The notes beneath the pieces are model-generated. The model was not told the DNA's origin, ran no database searches, and was given only the letters and a program-made list of their open reading frames with translations. From positions 1 through 53,538 of the IMG/VR virus record IMGVR_UViG_3300008952_000066: DNA of 53,538 nt, one strand, 5' to 3'. The first letter of the stretch is position 1; every line of letters starts with the position of its first letter. This stretch comes from a virus (taxonomy: Duplodnaviria > Caudoviricetes). This document shows positions 1 to 8,991 of this stretch, piece by piece. The position numbers and the translations under genes are program-made.

Positions 1-119
1 ACTGTCACAGTAAATCTTGCTATTGATGCCGCTGTTGATGTCGGTTCAGACGGCTCAGGAGTTGACGTATCCTTTTACAGCGACACGGCAGGCGATCTGG
101 TATTGTGGGATGCAAGTGA
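1..119. repeat. Terminal direct repeat, identical to 53420-53538 (circular assembly overlap)
   Basis: Bases 1-119 (actgtcacagtaaat...gatgcaagtga) recur exactly at the window end, and an ORF reads through the junction. Confidence 0.95.
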
Positions 120-222
120 CAAATCCTTAGAGTTTACTGACGCTACGATTAGTCTTAATGGAGCATCAGCAGGTTCTTGGGCTGACGCAAACATAGTTCT
201 TTGCAACACGGTTTTTAATTAA
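1..222 (+). CDS. 3' part of the tail-fibre-like protein that starts at 52952 and wraps the junction
   Basis: Frame 1 is open (TVTVNLAIDAAVDVGSDG...CNTVFN*) and continuous with the ORF from 52952. Confidence 0.8.
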   Translation, partial: TVTVNLAIDAAVDVGSDGSGVDVSFYSDTAGDLVLWDASDKSLEFTDATISLNGASAGSWADANIVLCNTVFN

Positions 223-238
223 ATAAAGGAAAGGCAAT

Positions 239-592
239 ATGGCAACATATTCAAAAGAGTTACTATCAGGTAGCACAAACGGTAAGAATATCAAGGTGGC
301 GGCTACGGCTACTGCTGGTACGACTATTCATACCGCTACGAGTGGTACTTCCAACTTGGATGAAATCTGGCTGTATGCTTGCAACACGGATTCAACGGAC
401 AGGAAACTGACCATCGAATACGGTGGAGCAACATCACCTGATGAATTAACAGAAATCACGATTACTGCTGAAGCTGGTTGGGTGCTTGTATGCCCCGGTC
501 TGCTTTTGCAGAACAGTCTCGTTGTTAAAGCATTTGCGGCGGCGGCGAACGTGGTTAACATTAATGGTTTTGTAAATAGAGTAACTGCTTAA
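239..592 (+). CDS. Putative minor tail / tail-tip protein
   Basis: AAAGGA RBS, beta-rich T/A-rich protein inside the tail-tip operon. Confidence 0.6.
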   Translation: MATYSKELLSGSTNGKNIKVAATATAGTTIHTATSGTSNLDEIWLYACNTDSTDRKLTIEYGGATSPDELTEITITAEAGWVLVCPGLLLQNSLVVKAFAAAANVVNINGFVNRVTA

Positions 593-604
593 AAAGGGTT
601 CTTA

Positions 605-1600
605 ATGTTTCGACAAGACAGGACAGCACCTAGTAAAGCCGTTTCCACTTGGAAAGGTCGTAAGGATTTGCCGAAGGCACATCCCTCTACTGCTGTGTCT
701 GATTGGTTAAATGGTGTCGGTGGTGCTGCTGCTGCTTTGACTGCTTTCGGTGGGATCATTACTCAGTATGAGGATTCTGGTACAACGTATCGTGTTCATG
801 CTTTCAGGGGTTCTGGTTCGTTTACTGTTTCTGCTGGTTCCGCTGACGTTGACTATCTGATCGTTGGCGGTGGAGCAGGCGGTGCAACTGGTGGTAGTTC
901 GCCTTCATACTTCGGTGGCAGTGGCGGTGGAGGTGCTGGTGGTTACATAACCGCTTCAGGCGCAGTCACTGTTGACACTGCTTCTTCTCCTTACACTATT
1001 ACTGTTGGTACAGGTGGCGCTGGTGGAGCATCAGGAAGTGTTGGTCATGGCACTGATGGTGTTAGTTCTTCCGCTTTAGGACTTACTGTTGGGGGAGGCG
1101 GCAAAGGATCTAGTAACGGTGTTACTGGTGGAACAGGTGGTGTCAATGCTAGTGGTGGTGGCGGTAGCGCAGATCCACCTAGCACAATAGGCGGTGGTGG
1201 TGCGCCTAATGATGGTACTGGTAGCGGAAACGGTTATGCAGGTGGCACAGGAGCCATGTTTAGCACCACTCACCCTTCGGGCGGTGGCGGCGGTGGCGCA
1301 GGTGCTGTAGGTACGGCGGCTTCAGGTAAAGATGCTGGTAATGGTGGTAATGGAACATCAGGTAAATATGGTATAACGGCTTCAACTGTGACTTACGCTG
1401 GTGGTGGCGGTGGTTCTGCTACTACTACTGCTGGTACTGGTGGTACTGGTGGTGGTGGTGCTGGTATAGCGGCAAGTTTCAATGCAGGTGTAGGCGGTGT
1501 TCCTAATACTGGTGGCGGTGGTGGAGCAAGCGCATGGACTACTAATGGTGGCGGCGCTGGTGGTGCTGGCATTGTTCTAATCAGATATGCGGTGGCATAA
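605..1600 (+). CDS. Glycine-rich tail protein
   Basis: YRVHAF..SGSFTV...DYLIVGGGAGG, GGGG repeats and C-terminal GIVLIRY, typical of phage Gly-rich tail domains. Confidence 0.8.
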   Translation: MFRQDRTAPSKAVSTWKGRKDLPKAHPSTAVSDWLNGVGGAAAALTAFGGIITQYEDSGTTYRVHAFRGSGSFTVSAGSADVDYLIVGGGAGGATGGSSPSYFGGSGGGGAGGYITASGAVTVDTASSPYTITVGTGGAGGASGSVGHGTDGVSSSALGLTVGGGGKGSSNGVTGGTGGVNASGGGGSADPPSTIGGGGAPNDGTGSGNGYAGGTGAMFSTTHPSGGGGGGAGAVGTAASGKDAGNGGNGTSGKYGITASTVTYAGGGGGSATTTAGTGGTGGGGAGIAASFNAGVGGVPNTGGGGGASAWTTNGGGAGGAGIVLIRYAVA

Positions 1601-2202
1601 TGGCTGAAACAATAAACACTGACACTCCCGACTACATAGTTGACGGCGTTCTCACTGATGGTGAAGCGTGGGTTCCTCTGATAACAAATGTTTTAACTGG
1701 AACAGCAACTACGATAACTTTAACACCTTCAACTGGGGCTAACGACTGGTCACAGTACATGGATTTGAAAATCATTTTTTATGGTAGAGATGATGACACT
1801 GGCACTTACGGCGGGTATTTAGCGCTTCAATTAAATAATATAACAAGCGTTTCTGGTTACGATATTCAAAGATTGTATGGAGATGGGTCAAGTGTTGCCG
1901 CTTTAGGTTTCACTAACCAATACATTCCTGCTGGCATAATCGCTGACGGTAATCAAGACGCAGATGATTTCGGTGTTTCTGTTATTGATCTGTTTGATAT
2001 CAACAGTGGCAAATACACAACGGCACTTACTCAGTGGGCTGGTGATGATGGTGGTTCAGGCACTGTGGGTATGGCAGGTGTAACAGTGTTAACTCAGGCA
2101 CCTGTTACAGAAATTGATCTATATTGGCTTAGTGGTGGAGATTTTGAGATTGGGACAAGGGTTGATTTGTTTGGTGTTCTTCCAAGGATGGTGACAGCAT
2201 AA
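1600..2202 (+). CDS. Tail-tip protein, paralog 1 of 3
   Basis: Shares Y.xL, SG..IDI.xY/N.N.Y and final LFG/LYG motifs with the next two ORFs; TAATG coupling. Confidence 0.6.
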   Translation: MAETINTDTPDYIVDGVLTDGEAWVPLITNVLTGTATTITLTPSTGANDWSQYMDLKIIFYGRDDDTGTYGGYLALQLNNITSVSGYDIQRLYGDGSSVAALGFTNQYIPAGIIADGNQDADDFGVSVIDLFDINSGKYTTALTQWAGDDGGSGTVGMAGVTVLTQAPVTEIDLYWLSGGDFEIGTRVDLFGVLPRMVTA

Positions 2203-2705
2203 TGGCTATTATCGAAGCGATTGAAACAGTATATTTAGAAGCAGATGCCGCATCGGTAACGTTCTCGTCTATTCCTGCGACTTATGAGCATCTGCAACTG
2301 CGATGTTCCCTTCGTGTTGCTGGTATGTCTACACGTTCCTCGACGGATCTTCAGTTCAACAGCGACACTGGAAGCAACTATACTTTACATCGAATACACG
2401 CATACGGCACGAGCAAGGGTGGGGCAGGGTGGGCAAGTCAAACCAAATTGTATGCTCCCAACGCAACTGGTTACGACTCATCAAGTGCCGATTACAGCGG
2501 CGTAGTGGTTGACATTCTGGATTATGCGAACACAAATAAGAACACGTCATGCATGTTTACATCCTATGTGGCGGGTGTACCCGATGTGTTTTTTCAGAGT
2601 GGTCTTTGGGATGACACGTCAGCGGTTTCTAGCATTGTGATGACTGGAACATTAGATATAACTCGTGGTTCACAATATACACTATATGGGATAAAGAGTT
2701 CATAA
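2202..2705 (+). CDS. Tail-tip protein, paralog 2 of 3
   Basis: SSIPATYEHLQL...DTGSNY...DYANTNKN...GLW...YTLYGI. Confidence 0.6.
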   Translation: MAIIEAIETVYLEADAASVTFSSIPATYEHLQLRCSLRVAGMSTRSSTDLQFNSDTGSNYTLHRIHAYGTSKGGAGWASQTKLYAPNATGYDSSSADYSGVVVDILDYANTNKNTSCMFTSYVAGVPDVFFQSGLWDDTSAVSSIVMTGTLDITRGSQYTLYGIKSS

Positions 2706-3256
2706 TGGCTGTTTGGAATGTTATAGATCATCAAGAAATAGGCTCAGGAGGTGCGGCTAATTGGACTAAAAGCAGTATTCCTGCTAGTTACGATCATCTT
2801 CTATTAATGGCAAGTGTTAGGACAGAAGAATCAGCCTACCGTGCCTATTCCGATTTTCGAGTAGGCAATGGTGGAGTTGATACAGGTAACAACTATTCAT
2901 CAACTCGTATGAGAACTGCTAGCAGTGCTGTTGATGCGGGTAGAGAAACTGGTGTAGCCGCCTTCCAATACAATTCGGTAAGCCCCGGCACTGATGTTTT
3001 AGCGGACACTTTTAGTGTCTGTAAAATTTGGATTCCTAATTATGCAAATACTTCTAATTACAAACAACTTCTTTTTCAAGATACTGTTCCTAATAATGCC
3101 ACTGGCGTATTGCAATGGGAAATTATACTTGCCGCAGGATTATGGAGTTCTACATCAGCAATTACTGATGTGGCTTTTTATGGACATTCTCTTGGGAGTA
3201 CCGATTTAGCAGAATACAGCAGTTTTACACTATATGGAATAAATGGAGCAGGATAA
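2705..3256 (+). CDS. Tail-tip protein, paralog 3 of 3
   Basis: SSIPASYDHLLL...DTGNNY...NYANTSNYK...GLW...FTLYGI. Confidence 0.6.
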   Translation: MAVWNVIDHQEIGSGGAANWTKSSIPASYDHLLLMASVRTEESAYRAYSDFRVGNGGVDTGNNYSSTRMRTASSAVDAGRETGVAAFQYNSVSPGTDVLADTFSVCKIWIPNYANTSNYKQLLFQDTVPNNATGVLQWEIILAAGLWSSTSAITDVAFYGHSLGSTDLAEYSSFTLYGINGAG

Positions 3257-3579
3257 TGGCAGAGCCAAGATATAAGGTCGTGAACGGTGAGTACATCGAA
3301 CTCACGGCAGAAGAAATACAAGAGATAGAAGATCGAGTCGCAGAAGCGGACTTAGATTTCAGTATGGTCAGAGCAGACCGTGACGGATTGTTGCGTAACA
3401 CTGACTGGACACAAATAGCAGACGCTAAACTCGGCGATCATACTGCTGAGGAATGGGCGGCGTATCGCAAAAAACTACGTGACCTTCCAGCTACCTCTAA
3501 AGCAGGTAGCGGTGGGAAAGTCTCAGAAGTTGTTTGGCCTGATGATCCACCTACAGCTAAAGCTAAAGCTGAAGAATAA
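3256..3579 (+). CDS. Tail fibre assembly chaperone-like protein
   Basis: R..RD.LL..TDWTQ..DA...W..YR..LRDLP...WP..P motif. Confidence 0.8.
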   Translation: MAEPRYKVVNGEYIELTAEEIQEIEDRVAEADLDFSMVRADRDGLLRNTDWTQIADAKLGDHTAEEWAAYRKKLRDLPATSKAGSGGKVSEVVWPDDPPTAKAKAEE

Positions 3580-3594
3580 TAGTAAGGTAAGAAT

Positions 3595-3885
3595 ATGAGT
3601 AGAGTAAAAGCAAGCGCTGGGGATTATGGAGTTTACAAGGGTGATGAGGCTTTAACAGTTTCAAGCACCGCTGTAGGTTTAGCTTCTGTCCCTTCAGGTG
3701 CAGTAAACGCTTTGGTGACTAATGGCGCTGAAGCTATAAGAGTCAGATGGGGGACTCCGACTGCTTCAGTTGGACATTATTTGAATCCTCATTCTGTTAT
3801 TGACCTTTTCAGCAGTATGGAAACGGTCAAGTTCATTCGAGTGGGCAGTTCTGATAGCACTATTCACGTAACTTATTTCGGGTAG
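3595..3885 (+). CDS. Hypothetical virion protein
   Basis: AAGG RBS, beta-rich, located in the late operon. Confidence 0.5.
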   Translation: MSRVKASAGDYGVYKGDEALTVSSTAVGLASVPSGAVNALVTNGAEAIRVRWGTPTASVGHYLNPHSVIDLFSSMETVKFIRVGSSDSTIHVTYFG

Positions 3886-3894
3886 GAGAGTCTT

Positions 3895-4245
3895 ATGCCA
3901 AGTCGTATTCAGCAAAGAGTTGAACAAGTCCCTACTGGTGACATCACAGGCGTAACTGCTGGTGATGGTTTATCGGGTGGAGGTTCTAGCGGTGCGCTTA
4001 CGTTGGCTCTTGATGTTAATGAATTATCTACTGCTACTGCCGTTTCAACTGATTACATAGCTATTGAAGATGTCACTGACAATTCAACTAAGAAGGCACT
4101 CGTTTCAGACATAGTGGCTTTAGGTGACATAACAGAGGTGACAGCAGGGACAGCACTTTCGGGTGGTGGCAGTTCAGGAGCAGTCACCTTGAATGTTGTG
4201 GTTGCTAACGATGATTTGATACTAGCCTCGCAAGTGTACGGCTAA
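3895..4245 (+). CDS. Short fibre-repeat protein
   Basis: Two GDITxVTAG.xLSGGG.SG repeats plus D.ST/ATKKAL.SD, shared with the 52952 protein. Confidence 0.6.
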   Translation: MPSRIQQRVEQVPTGDITGVTAGDGLSGGGSSGALTLALDVNELSTATAVSTDYIAIEDVTDNSTKKALVSDIVALGDITEVTAGTALSGGGSSGAVTLNVVVANDDLILASQVYG

Positions 4246-4982
4246 TGAATATCCCTACGACTAAAAGCAACATCCAGCTTGACTTGTTGCACCCGAAATT
4301 CGTGACAAGACTTGAAGCGTTCTTTTCGGATAGTCGTATCAAAGGAAAAGTTAAAGTCAACTCAGGTTGCAGATCGTATGCGACACAAATGGGTTACTAC
4401 AAAGCCTATAAAGCAGGTAAGGGTAATCTTGCCGCTAACCCTGATAGACGTTTCGGTGTTAAAGGTTTAGACGGTCAAGGCATCTGGCGAGGCTCTTGGC
4501 ACATGGAACAGCTTGACGGATTTTGCTACGCTGTGGATCTAGCTCAATGGAGCAAAAAGATTTCCAAACCTGCTATAAACGACATCGCTACAGAGTATGG
4601 GATTGTCCCAACCATTAAAGATAAAGAATGGTGGCATCATCAGCCACGTTCAGGTGTTGACTGGTTTCCTGCTCCAGCATTAACAGGCGAACCGTCAGAG
4701 AAAGTAGACGCTCCTGAACCAGTAACCGACTGGGCAGGGATACTCGCCGCTATTGAAATGCAACGCAAAGAAGTAACAGCTTTTCCTTTACGCAAAGGAG
4801 CTAAAGGTGGATCTGTGAAAACTGTTCAATCCTGTCTCGGTAGACTAGGCTTTGAGTGCGGAATAGCTGACGGTCTTTATGGTCGTAAAACAGTTTGGGC
4901 AGTTAAACAATTTCAGAAAAAGCGAGGTTTACGAATAACTGGTACAGTTGACGTTAATACCTTTGACGCATTATTTAAGTAA
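4245..4982 (+). CDS. Endolysin: M15-like zinc peptidase plus peptidoglycan-binding domain
   Basis: SGCRS..Q, SWH..x..AVD and EWWH motifs; C-terminal LRKG.KG..VK.VQ..L...ADG.YG..T..AVKQFQ...GL..TG.VD. Confidence 0.88.
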   Translation: MNIPTTKSNIQLDLLHPKFVTRLEAFFSDSRIKGKVKVNSGCRSYATQMGYYKAYKAGKGNLAANPDRRFGVKGLDGQGIWRGSWHMEQLDGFCYAVDLAQWSKKISKPAINDIATEYGIVPTIKDKEWWHHQPRSGVDWFPAPALTGEPSEKVDAPEPVTDWAGILAAIEMQRKEVTAFPLRKGAKGGSVKTVQSCLGRLGFECGIADGLYGRKTVWAVKQFQKKRGLRITGTVDVNTFDALFK

Positions 4983-4995
4983 GGAGAAATAAAAA

Positions 4996-5364
4996 ATGCT
5001 ACTCACCCACAAAAGGGCTGACCGTGTGTCTACTGTAAGAGTTCAAGAAGCTTTAAGAGATAAAGGTTACGCATCAGGTCACACAGATGGCAGATATGGA
5101 ATAACAACTATGAAAGCTGTGGTTGCTTTCCAGAATGACAACAAACTTGATCCAACAGGTCATGTTGATGACGATTTGTTCGCCATGATTGTGGATGGGG
5201 CAAAAGCTCCAGCTAAAAAAGCTCCAGCTAAAAAAGCTCCTGCTAAAAAAGCTCCTGCAAAGAAAACAGAAGCTAAGAAAGAACCAGTTAAAAAAGCTCC
5301 TGCTAAGAAAACTACTACTGCTAAAAAACCAGCCGCTAAGAAACCTGCGGCTAAGAAAGGCTAA
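4996..5364 (+). CDS. Peptidoglycan-binding domain fused to a histone-like KKAPA repeat tail
   Basis: VQEAL..GY..DG.YG..T..AV.AFQ...TG.VD followed by AKKAP repeats. Confidence 0.75.
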   Translation: MLLTHKRADRVSTVRVQEALRDKGYASGHTDGRYGITTMKAVVAFQNDNKLDPTGHVDDDLFAMIVDGAKAPAKKAPAKKAPAKKAPAKKTEAKKEPVKKAPAKKTTTAKKPAAKKPAAKKG

Positions 5365-5366
5365 TA

Positions 5367-5633
5367 ATGAATTTGAAATTAGATTTAGACCAGCTTAAAG
5401 ATGTTGCTGAAAGAGCAATAATGACATACGTGCAATCCGTAGTCGGTTTGATTGCCGCTTCAGGAATGACAGATTTGTCAATGTCGAGTGCTAAAACCAT
5501 TGCCGTTTCAGCGGCTCCTGCGGCATTATCAATTATTAAAGGCTATTTTGCTTCAGTTCTTCCAATGGGAGACAAGTCGGCTTCAGTTCTTCCTATGGCG
5601 AAACCAGCAGGTAAAGAATATAAAGCTGAGTAA
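5367..5633 (+). CDS. Holin (r1t-like)
   Basis: AERAI.TYVQ motif, two hydrophobic segments, next to the endolysin. Confidence 0.7.
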   Translation: MNLKLDLDQLKDVAERAIMTYVQSVVGLIAASGMTDLSMSSAKTIAVSAAPAALSIIKGYFASVLPMGDKSASVLPMAKPAGKEYKAE

Positions 5634-6032
5634 TTAAGCTCTTTTCAATAACCCTAATTTTGTTGCGGCTTCAGGGTTGTCATGTATCCAAGTGTGGCAA
5701 CTTCTGCAAACAGCCATACTGTTTTCTGTTTCCAAAATTGAACCGCCTCTAGCTCTTGTTAATGGTTCGTGTATATCAACTGCCCTGCCATCACAAACAG
5801 TCTTATTTTTAACTGACCGTTTCTGTGTTTCAGTTAACTGCGCTAACAGGTGGCGAGTGATATGAGAACCAGCTTCACACCATTGTCTATATTCCAATTC
5901 GTTTCTAACAAATTCACGGCGTTGGGCTTGAATACGTTGACGTTTCTTGCTCATAGGGCGCAACGGTGTTTTACGTTTAAGAGGGGTTTTTTGTTTTAAA
6001 GGTGTGTTTCTTTTAAGCGGCGTTCTTTTCAT
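5634..6032 (-). CDS. HNH endonuclease
   Basis: DIHE...R.RGGS...N.MAVCRSCH.WIH; basic KRTPL repeats at the N-terminus. Confidence 0.85.
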   Translation of the reverse strand: MKRTPLKRNTPLKQKTPLKRKTPLRPMSKKRQRIQAQRREFVRNELEYRQWCEAGSHITRHLLAQLTETQKRSVKNKTVCDGRAVDIHEPLTRARGGSILETENSMAVCRSCHTWIHDNPEAATKLGLLKRA

Positions 6033-6173
6033 TTTTCCTACATTCTCTTAATTGTTTAATTGTGTGCTGACTTGTAGCTTCTCCACAGTCGCATAATACA
6101 GCTACCTTTTGTTTGAATTTTGTTCTTTCCCCTACCCATTTACTAGCAAAATTAAAACCGTCATCAAACCCCA

Positions 6174-7091
6174 TTAGTTGTTCCAAACATTATCTAAACC
6201 TTTAAGTTTTCCACCTTCTCTAAGAAATTCAACAGCAGTCGATAATCTGAAATGATATTTGTTAGGAGTATTAGGTGGATAACGTTCTTCTAAAAGTTTT
6301 ACTGTTTCCTCGAAAGGGAAGTTATCCCATTCTGCTTGAAACCATCGTTCAATCCAGTTTTCTTCGATAATCGAAGCCACGCCTTTTGTGGTTGAAGCTG
6401 TACTATTTACAGTATTTGTTACCTGTGAGGGCGATTCTACAGTAAATATTTCACTTTGGGTATATAAACCATTACCCGAAATTACAGGTTCTGTTGCTGT
6501 AACTGTATGGTTTTCAATAACTGTTGTTGTTGGAGGAATGTTGCTAACCCATTCTCCAACTTCGTTTTCTTCAAACAGCGGAATTGAATATCCGAGATTA
6601 GCCATACATAATGTTTGCCAAACAGTAAACGCTGGCGACAACGGATTAGGTTGCCTCCAGTAAGGGTCATTAAATCGTCTTACTTTTTTATTAGCGTCTA
6701 GTTGCCATTCTGCTACGAGTCCTGAATTAAACATAAGTTGTTCAAGTTCAGGATGATGACCACTAGCCCAGTTACCTAAAGAAAGGATCTGTCCTTCTTC
6801 TAAATTCCTAGCCCAAACAAAACGTGGATCTTCATTACCTTTACCACCGTCTCTAGCTTCCACATATCGTGAGATCATTCCAGCAGGTATTGTTCCGTCT
6901 TGCTCCATTATAGAAATACGAGCAACTACTTCTTCATAACTCATGTGTATATGACCTGTTTCTGTGTCACAGGGTGTGTATATTCTGTCATGGTGGGCAT
7001 CAGCTATGTGAGGCTCACAAGCTAACCACATGATAAAACAGATCAAAAAACCTATAATTACTATTGACCAAAGTTGAATATAGTACTTCAT
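6174..7091 (-). CDS. Hypothetical membrane-anchored or secreted protein
   Basis: Hydrophobic N-terminus, Thr-rich linker. Confidence 0.6.
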   Translation of the reverse strand: MKYYIQLWSIVIIGFLICFIMWLACEPHIADAHHDRIYTPCDTETGHIHMSYEEVVARISIMEQDGTIPAGMISRYVEARDGGKGNEDPRFVWARNLEEGQILSLGNWASGHHPELEQLMFNSGLVAEWQLDANKKVRRFNDPYWRQPNPLSPAFTVWQTLCMANLGYSIPLFEENEVGEWVSNIPPTTTVIENHTVTATEPVISGNGLYTQSEIFTVESPSQVTNTVNSTASTTKGVASIIEENWIERWFQAEWDNFPFEETVKLLEERYPPNTPNKYHFRLSTAVEFLREGGKLKGLDNVWNN

Positions 7092-7336
7092 ATCACCGCC
7101 TTAAAACTTTCGCATTTATTACAGCGAAGCCAAAACTCGTAACGCAAAGGTTGTTTACTTTTATGTTTTTTGCTTTTCAATTCTTTTTTAAGCTCTGTTT
7201 CTTCTGAAAGAATTACAGCGTCTTGCCAATCATGTTCACATTTACGAACAGGAAACCGCCAGCCTGTAGGAATACACCACCTGCATAAAGGTGATTGGTT
7301 TTTACAGGTTGTGGCACATTTCATCTGATGGTGCAT
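7088..7336 (-). CDS. Cys-rich putative zinc-binding protein
   Basis: ATG at 7336 coupled to the upstream stop; CxxxC, CxxC, CEH and CxxC. Confidence 0.55.
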   Translation of the reverse strand: MHHQMKCATTCKNQSPLCRWCIPTGWRFPVRKCEHDWQDAVILSEETELKKELKSKKHKSKQPLRYEFWLRCNKCESFKAVI

Positions 7337-7476
7337 TATGTCTTTTCCCAACAGTCGCAACCACAGTTGCTTTCTTTAGTACATTCACAATCAGTTCCGC
7401 AATCACATTTATAAGCAGGCAATTCGGTTAATCTGTCTGCAAAAACAGTAAGAACATTTCCCCATACTGGACTCAT
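7336..7476 (-). CDS. 46-aa metallothionein-like peptide (not in the ORF track)
   Basis: MSPVWGNVLTVFADRLTELPAYKCDCGTDCECTKESNCGCDCWEKT; GGAGGAG RBS; TAATG overlaps at both ends. Confidence 0.65.
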   Translation of the reverse strand: MSPVWGNVLTVFADRLTELPAYKCDCGTDCECTKESNCGCDCWEKT

Positions 7477-8102
7477 TATTTCTCCTCCCAACAGGATCTA
7501 CTCGGATACCAATGGCTACTGCCACCGTCTAAATTGAAATAAATCCAAGCCGCCATACCCACATTGGCAATTGGATCTAAAATATGAAAACCGTCAAACA
7601 TTCCGCTTCGTTCTGTTCTTTCAAGCCAAAATTTCGGCAAGTGCTGAAACCACCCTGAAGCGCCACTAGATTTATTGATTGCTGTTGAATACTTGTCTGT
7701 AGGTTTTGCGCTCGACTCGCAAAATGCTATTCTCAAAAACAGTTGACGGTCACTCCATTTAGGGAAAAACCAATTTATTAATTCTTCTAGCGTGGGTAAC
7801 TGTTCAATGTAAATCTCAGGGTCAATTTCACAAGGTTTATTTATCGGACATTCTTCAAGTTTGCCTTGAGCTTTTAACCATTTACCGTAACTATTAAGCG
7901 TAGGTTCTACTTCAATAACTTTTCTTAGAGGCACTTTCCATGCTGAAACAGTTGTCGTGGTTGTTGTTGTAGGTGCAACAGAAGTTTGAGTTCCGTAAAT
8001 TTGAGTTTCCACTAAATTCAAAGGCTCTTGAATAAGAATCGCATCGCTAACAACTGTGCAACAAGTAATTGCAAAAGCTGTAATTATTTTCTCAAACAAC
8101 AT
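7476..8102 (-). CDS. Exported lytic transglycosylase (SLT/lysozyme-like)
   Basis: Signal-like N-terminus from ATG 8102, Thr linker, IAFCESS...A.N..SGASGWFQ...DP..N...A...HW. Confidence 0.75.
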   Translation of the reverse strand: MLFEKIITAFAITCCTVVSDAILIQEPLNLVETQIYGTQTSVAPTTTTTTTVSAWKVPLRKVIEVEPTLNSYGKWLKAQGKLEECPINKPCEIDPEIYIEQLPTLEELINWFFPKWSDRQLFLRIAFCESSAKPTDKYSTAINKSSGASGWFQHLPKFWLERTERSGMFDGFHILDPIANVGMAAWIYFNLDGGSSHWYPSRSCWEEK

Positions 8103-8922
8103 AATTCCATTTACCTTCTTCGCTGTCATACTTAGCAATCGCACTTCCGTCTTTATCTCGTATTTCCATTCCAACAAGTTCAGGATTACTTACATGAGGT
8201 TTAGGTTTCTCAATTACAAGTGTAGCTTCTCTTTCTAAATCCCTAAATTTTTCGATATGTTCCGCATCTCGTAAAAGTAAATTCAAGGAATTGTAAATAG
8301 CATTTCTGTCATTTTTACCGCAATAAAAAGGTTCTCGTTTCCACCCAATCACAGCGTCACAAACATCTTCAAAGGGGTGAGTTTTAAGTGCTTTTCTTAT
8401 AACGGATCTACGTTTTTCATCTAATTTTGTTCTTGTTGGATGTTTTTCAGTTGCTTCTACCCATTTATCAAATACTTTTTTAATTAAATCAGGTTCTTCT
8501 TTTTTAATAGGTTCATTTATTAGGTTAATAGGGGGTACAGTTTCGTCTCCCACAAGGGGTACTGAATTGTCCTCCTCATCGAGTGCAGTTTCGTCCCCCT
8601 TGTTTACAGGTACTAAAAGTGTGTAAAGGGGAGTTGTTTCCCTGCCATTTCGGGGATCTTTACGAAATTCAACTTCTAAAAGGTTTGCCTTTTCTAATTC
8701 TGCTCTAGCCCTTCGTAGGGAAGTCTTTGCGGTTCCTTCAGGCATTAGTTCCAATAATTTTCTACGAGAAGGAAAACATTGGCGGTTGTCATTAGCAAAT
8801 TGTGCTAAAGCAATCCACAATCGTAAAGCCGTTGGTGATAATTTTTCTGCGAGTATTGAAGTTGGAAAAATAACTATCTCATTATTTGTCCATCTGCGCC
8901 GTAATTTAGTAGAATCTGTCAT
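8092..8922 (-). CDS. Replication initiator protein (N-terminal winged HTH)
   Basis: LSPTALRLWIALAQFAN...CFPSRRKL...ELEKANLL; internal iteron-encoded linker. Confidence 0.75.
   Translation of the reverse strand: MTDSTKLRRRWTNNEIVIFPTSILAEKLSPTALRLWIALAQFANDNRQCFPSRRKLLELMPEGTAKTSLRRARAELEKANLLEVEFRKDPRNGRETTPLYTLLVPVNKGDETALDEEDNSVPLVGDETVPPINLINEPIKKEEPDLIKKVFDKWVEATEKHPTRTKLDEKRRSVIRKALKTHPFEDVCDAVIGWKREPFYCGKNDRNAIYNSLNLLLRDAEHIEKFRDLEREATLVIEKPKPHVSNPELVGMEIRDKDGSAIAKYDSEEGKWNYVV
8532..8603. repeat. Three degenerate 24-bp iterons, putative replication origin
   Basis: ggggtacagtttcgtctcccacaa / ggggtactgaattgtcctcctcat / cgagtgcagtttcgtcccccttgt, beside an AT-rich tract (~8460-8530). Confidence 0.6.
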
Positions 8923-8946
8923 GTATACCGTAACCCTTATATACAG

Positions 8947-8979
8947 TGGTCGGGGGGTTATTCCCTAGCCCCCCGACCA
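8947..8979. promoter_or_regulatory. GC-rich hairpin between the recombinase and initiator genes
   Basis: TGGTCGGGGGGTTA-ttccc-TAGCCCCCCGACCA; no U-tract downstream on the minus strand. Confidence 0.55.
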
Positions 8980-8991
8980 AAACTTTCCATA

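Noticed and set aside
1-119. Biological terminal repeat
   Set aside because: It falls mid-gene and is an exact short overlap, which fits an assembler circularisation overlap better
1600-3256. Diversity-generating retroelement acting on the tail paralogs
   Set aside because: No reverse transcriptase and no near-identical template/variable repeat pair seen
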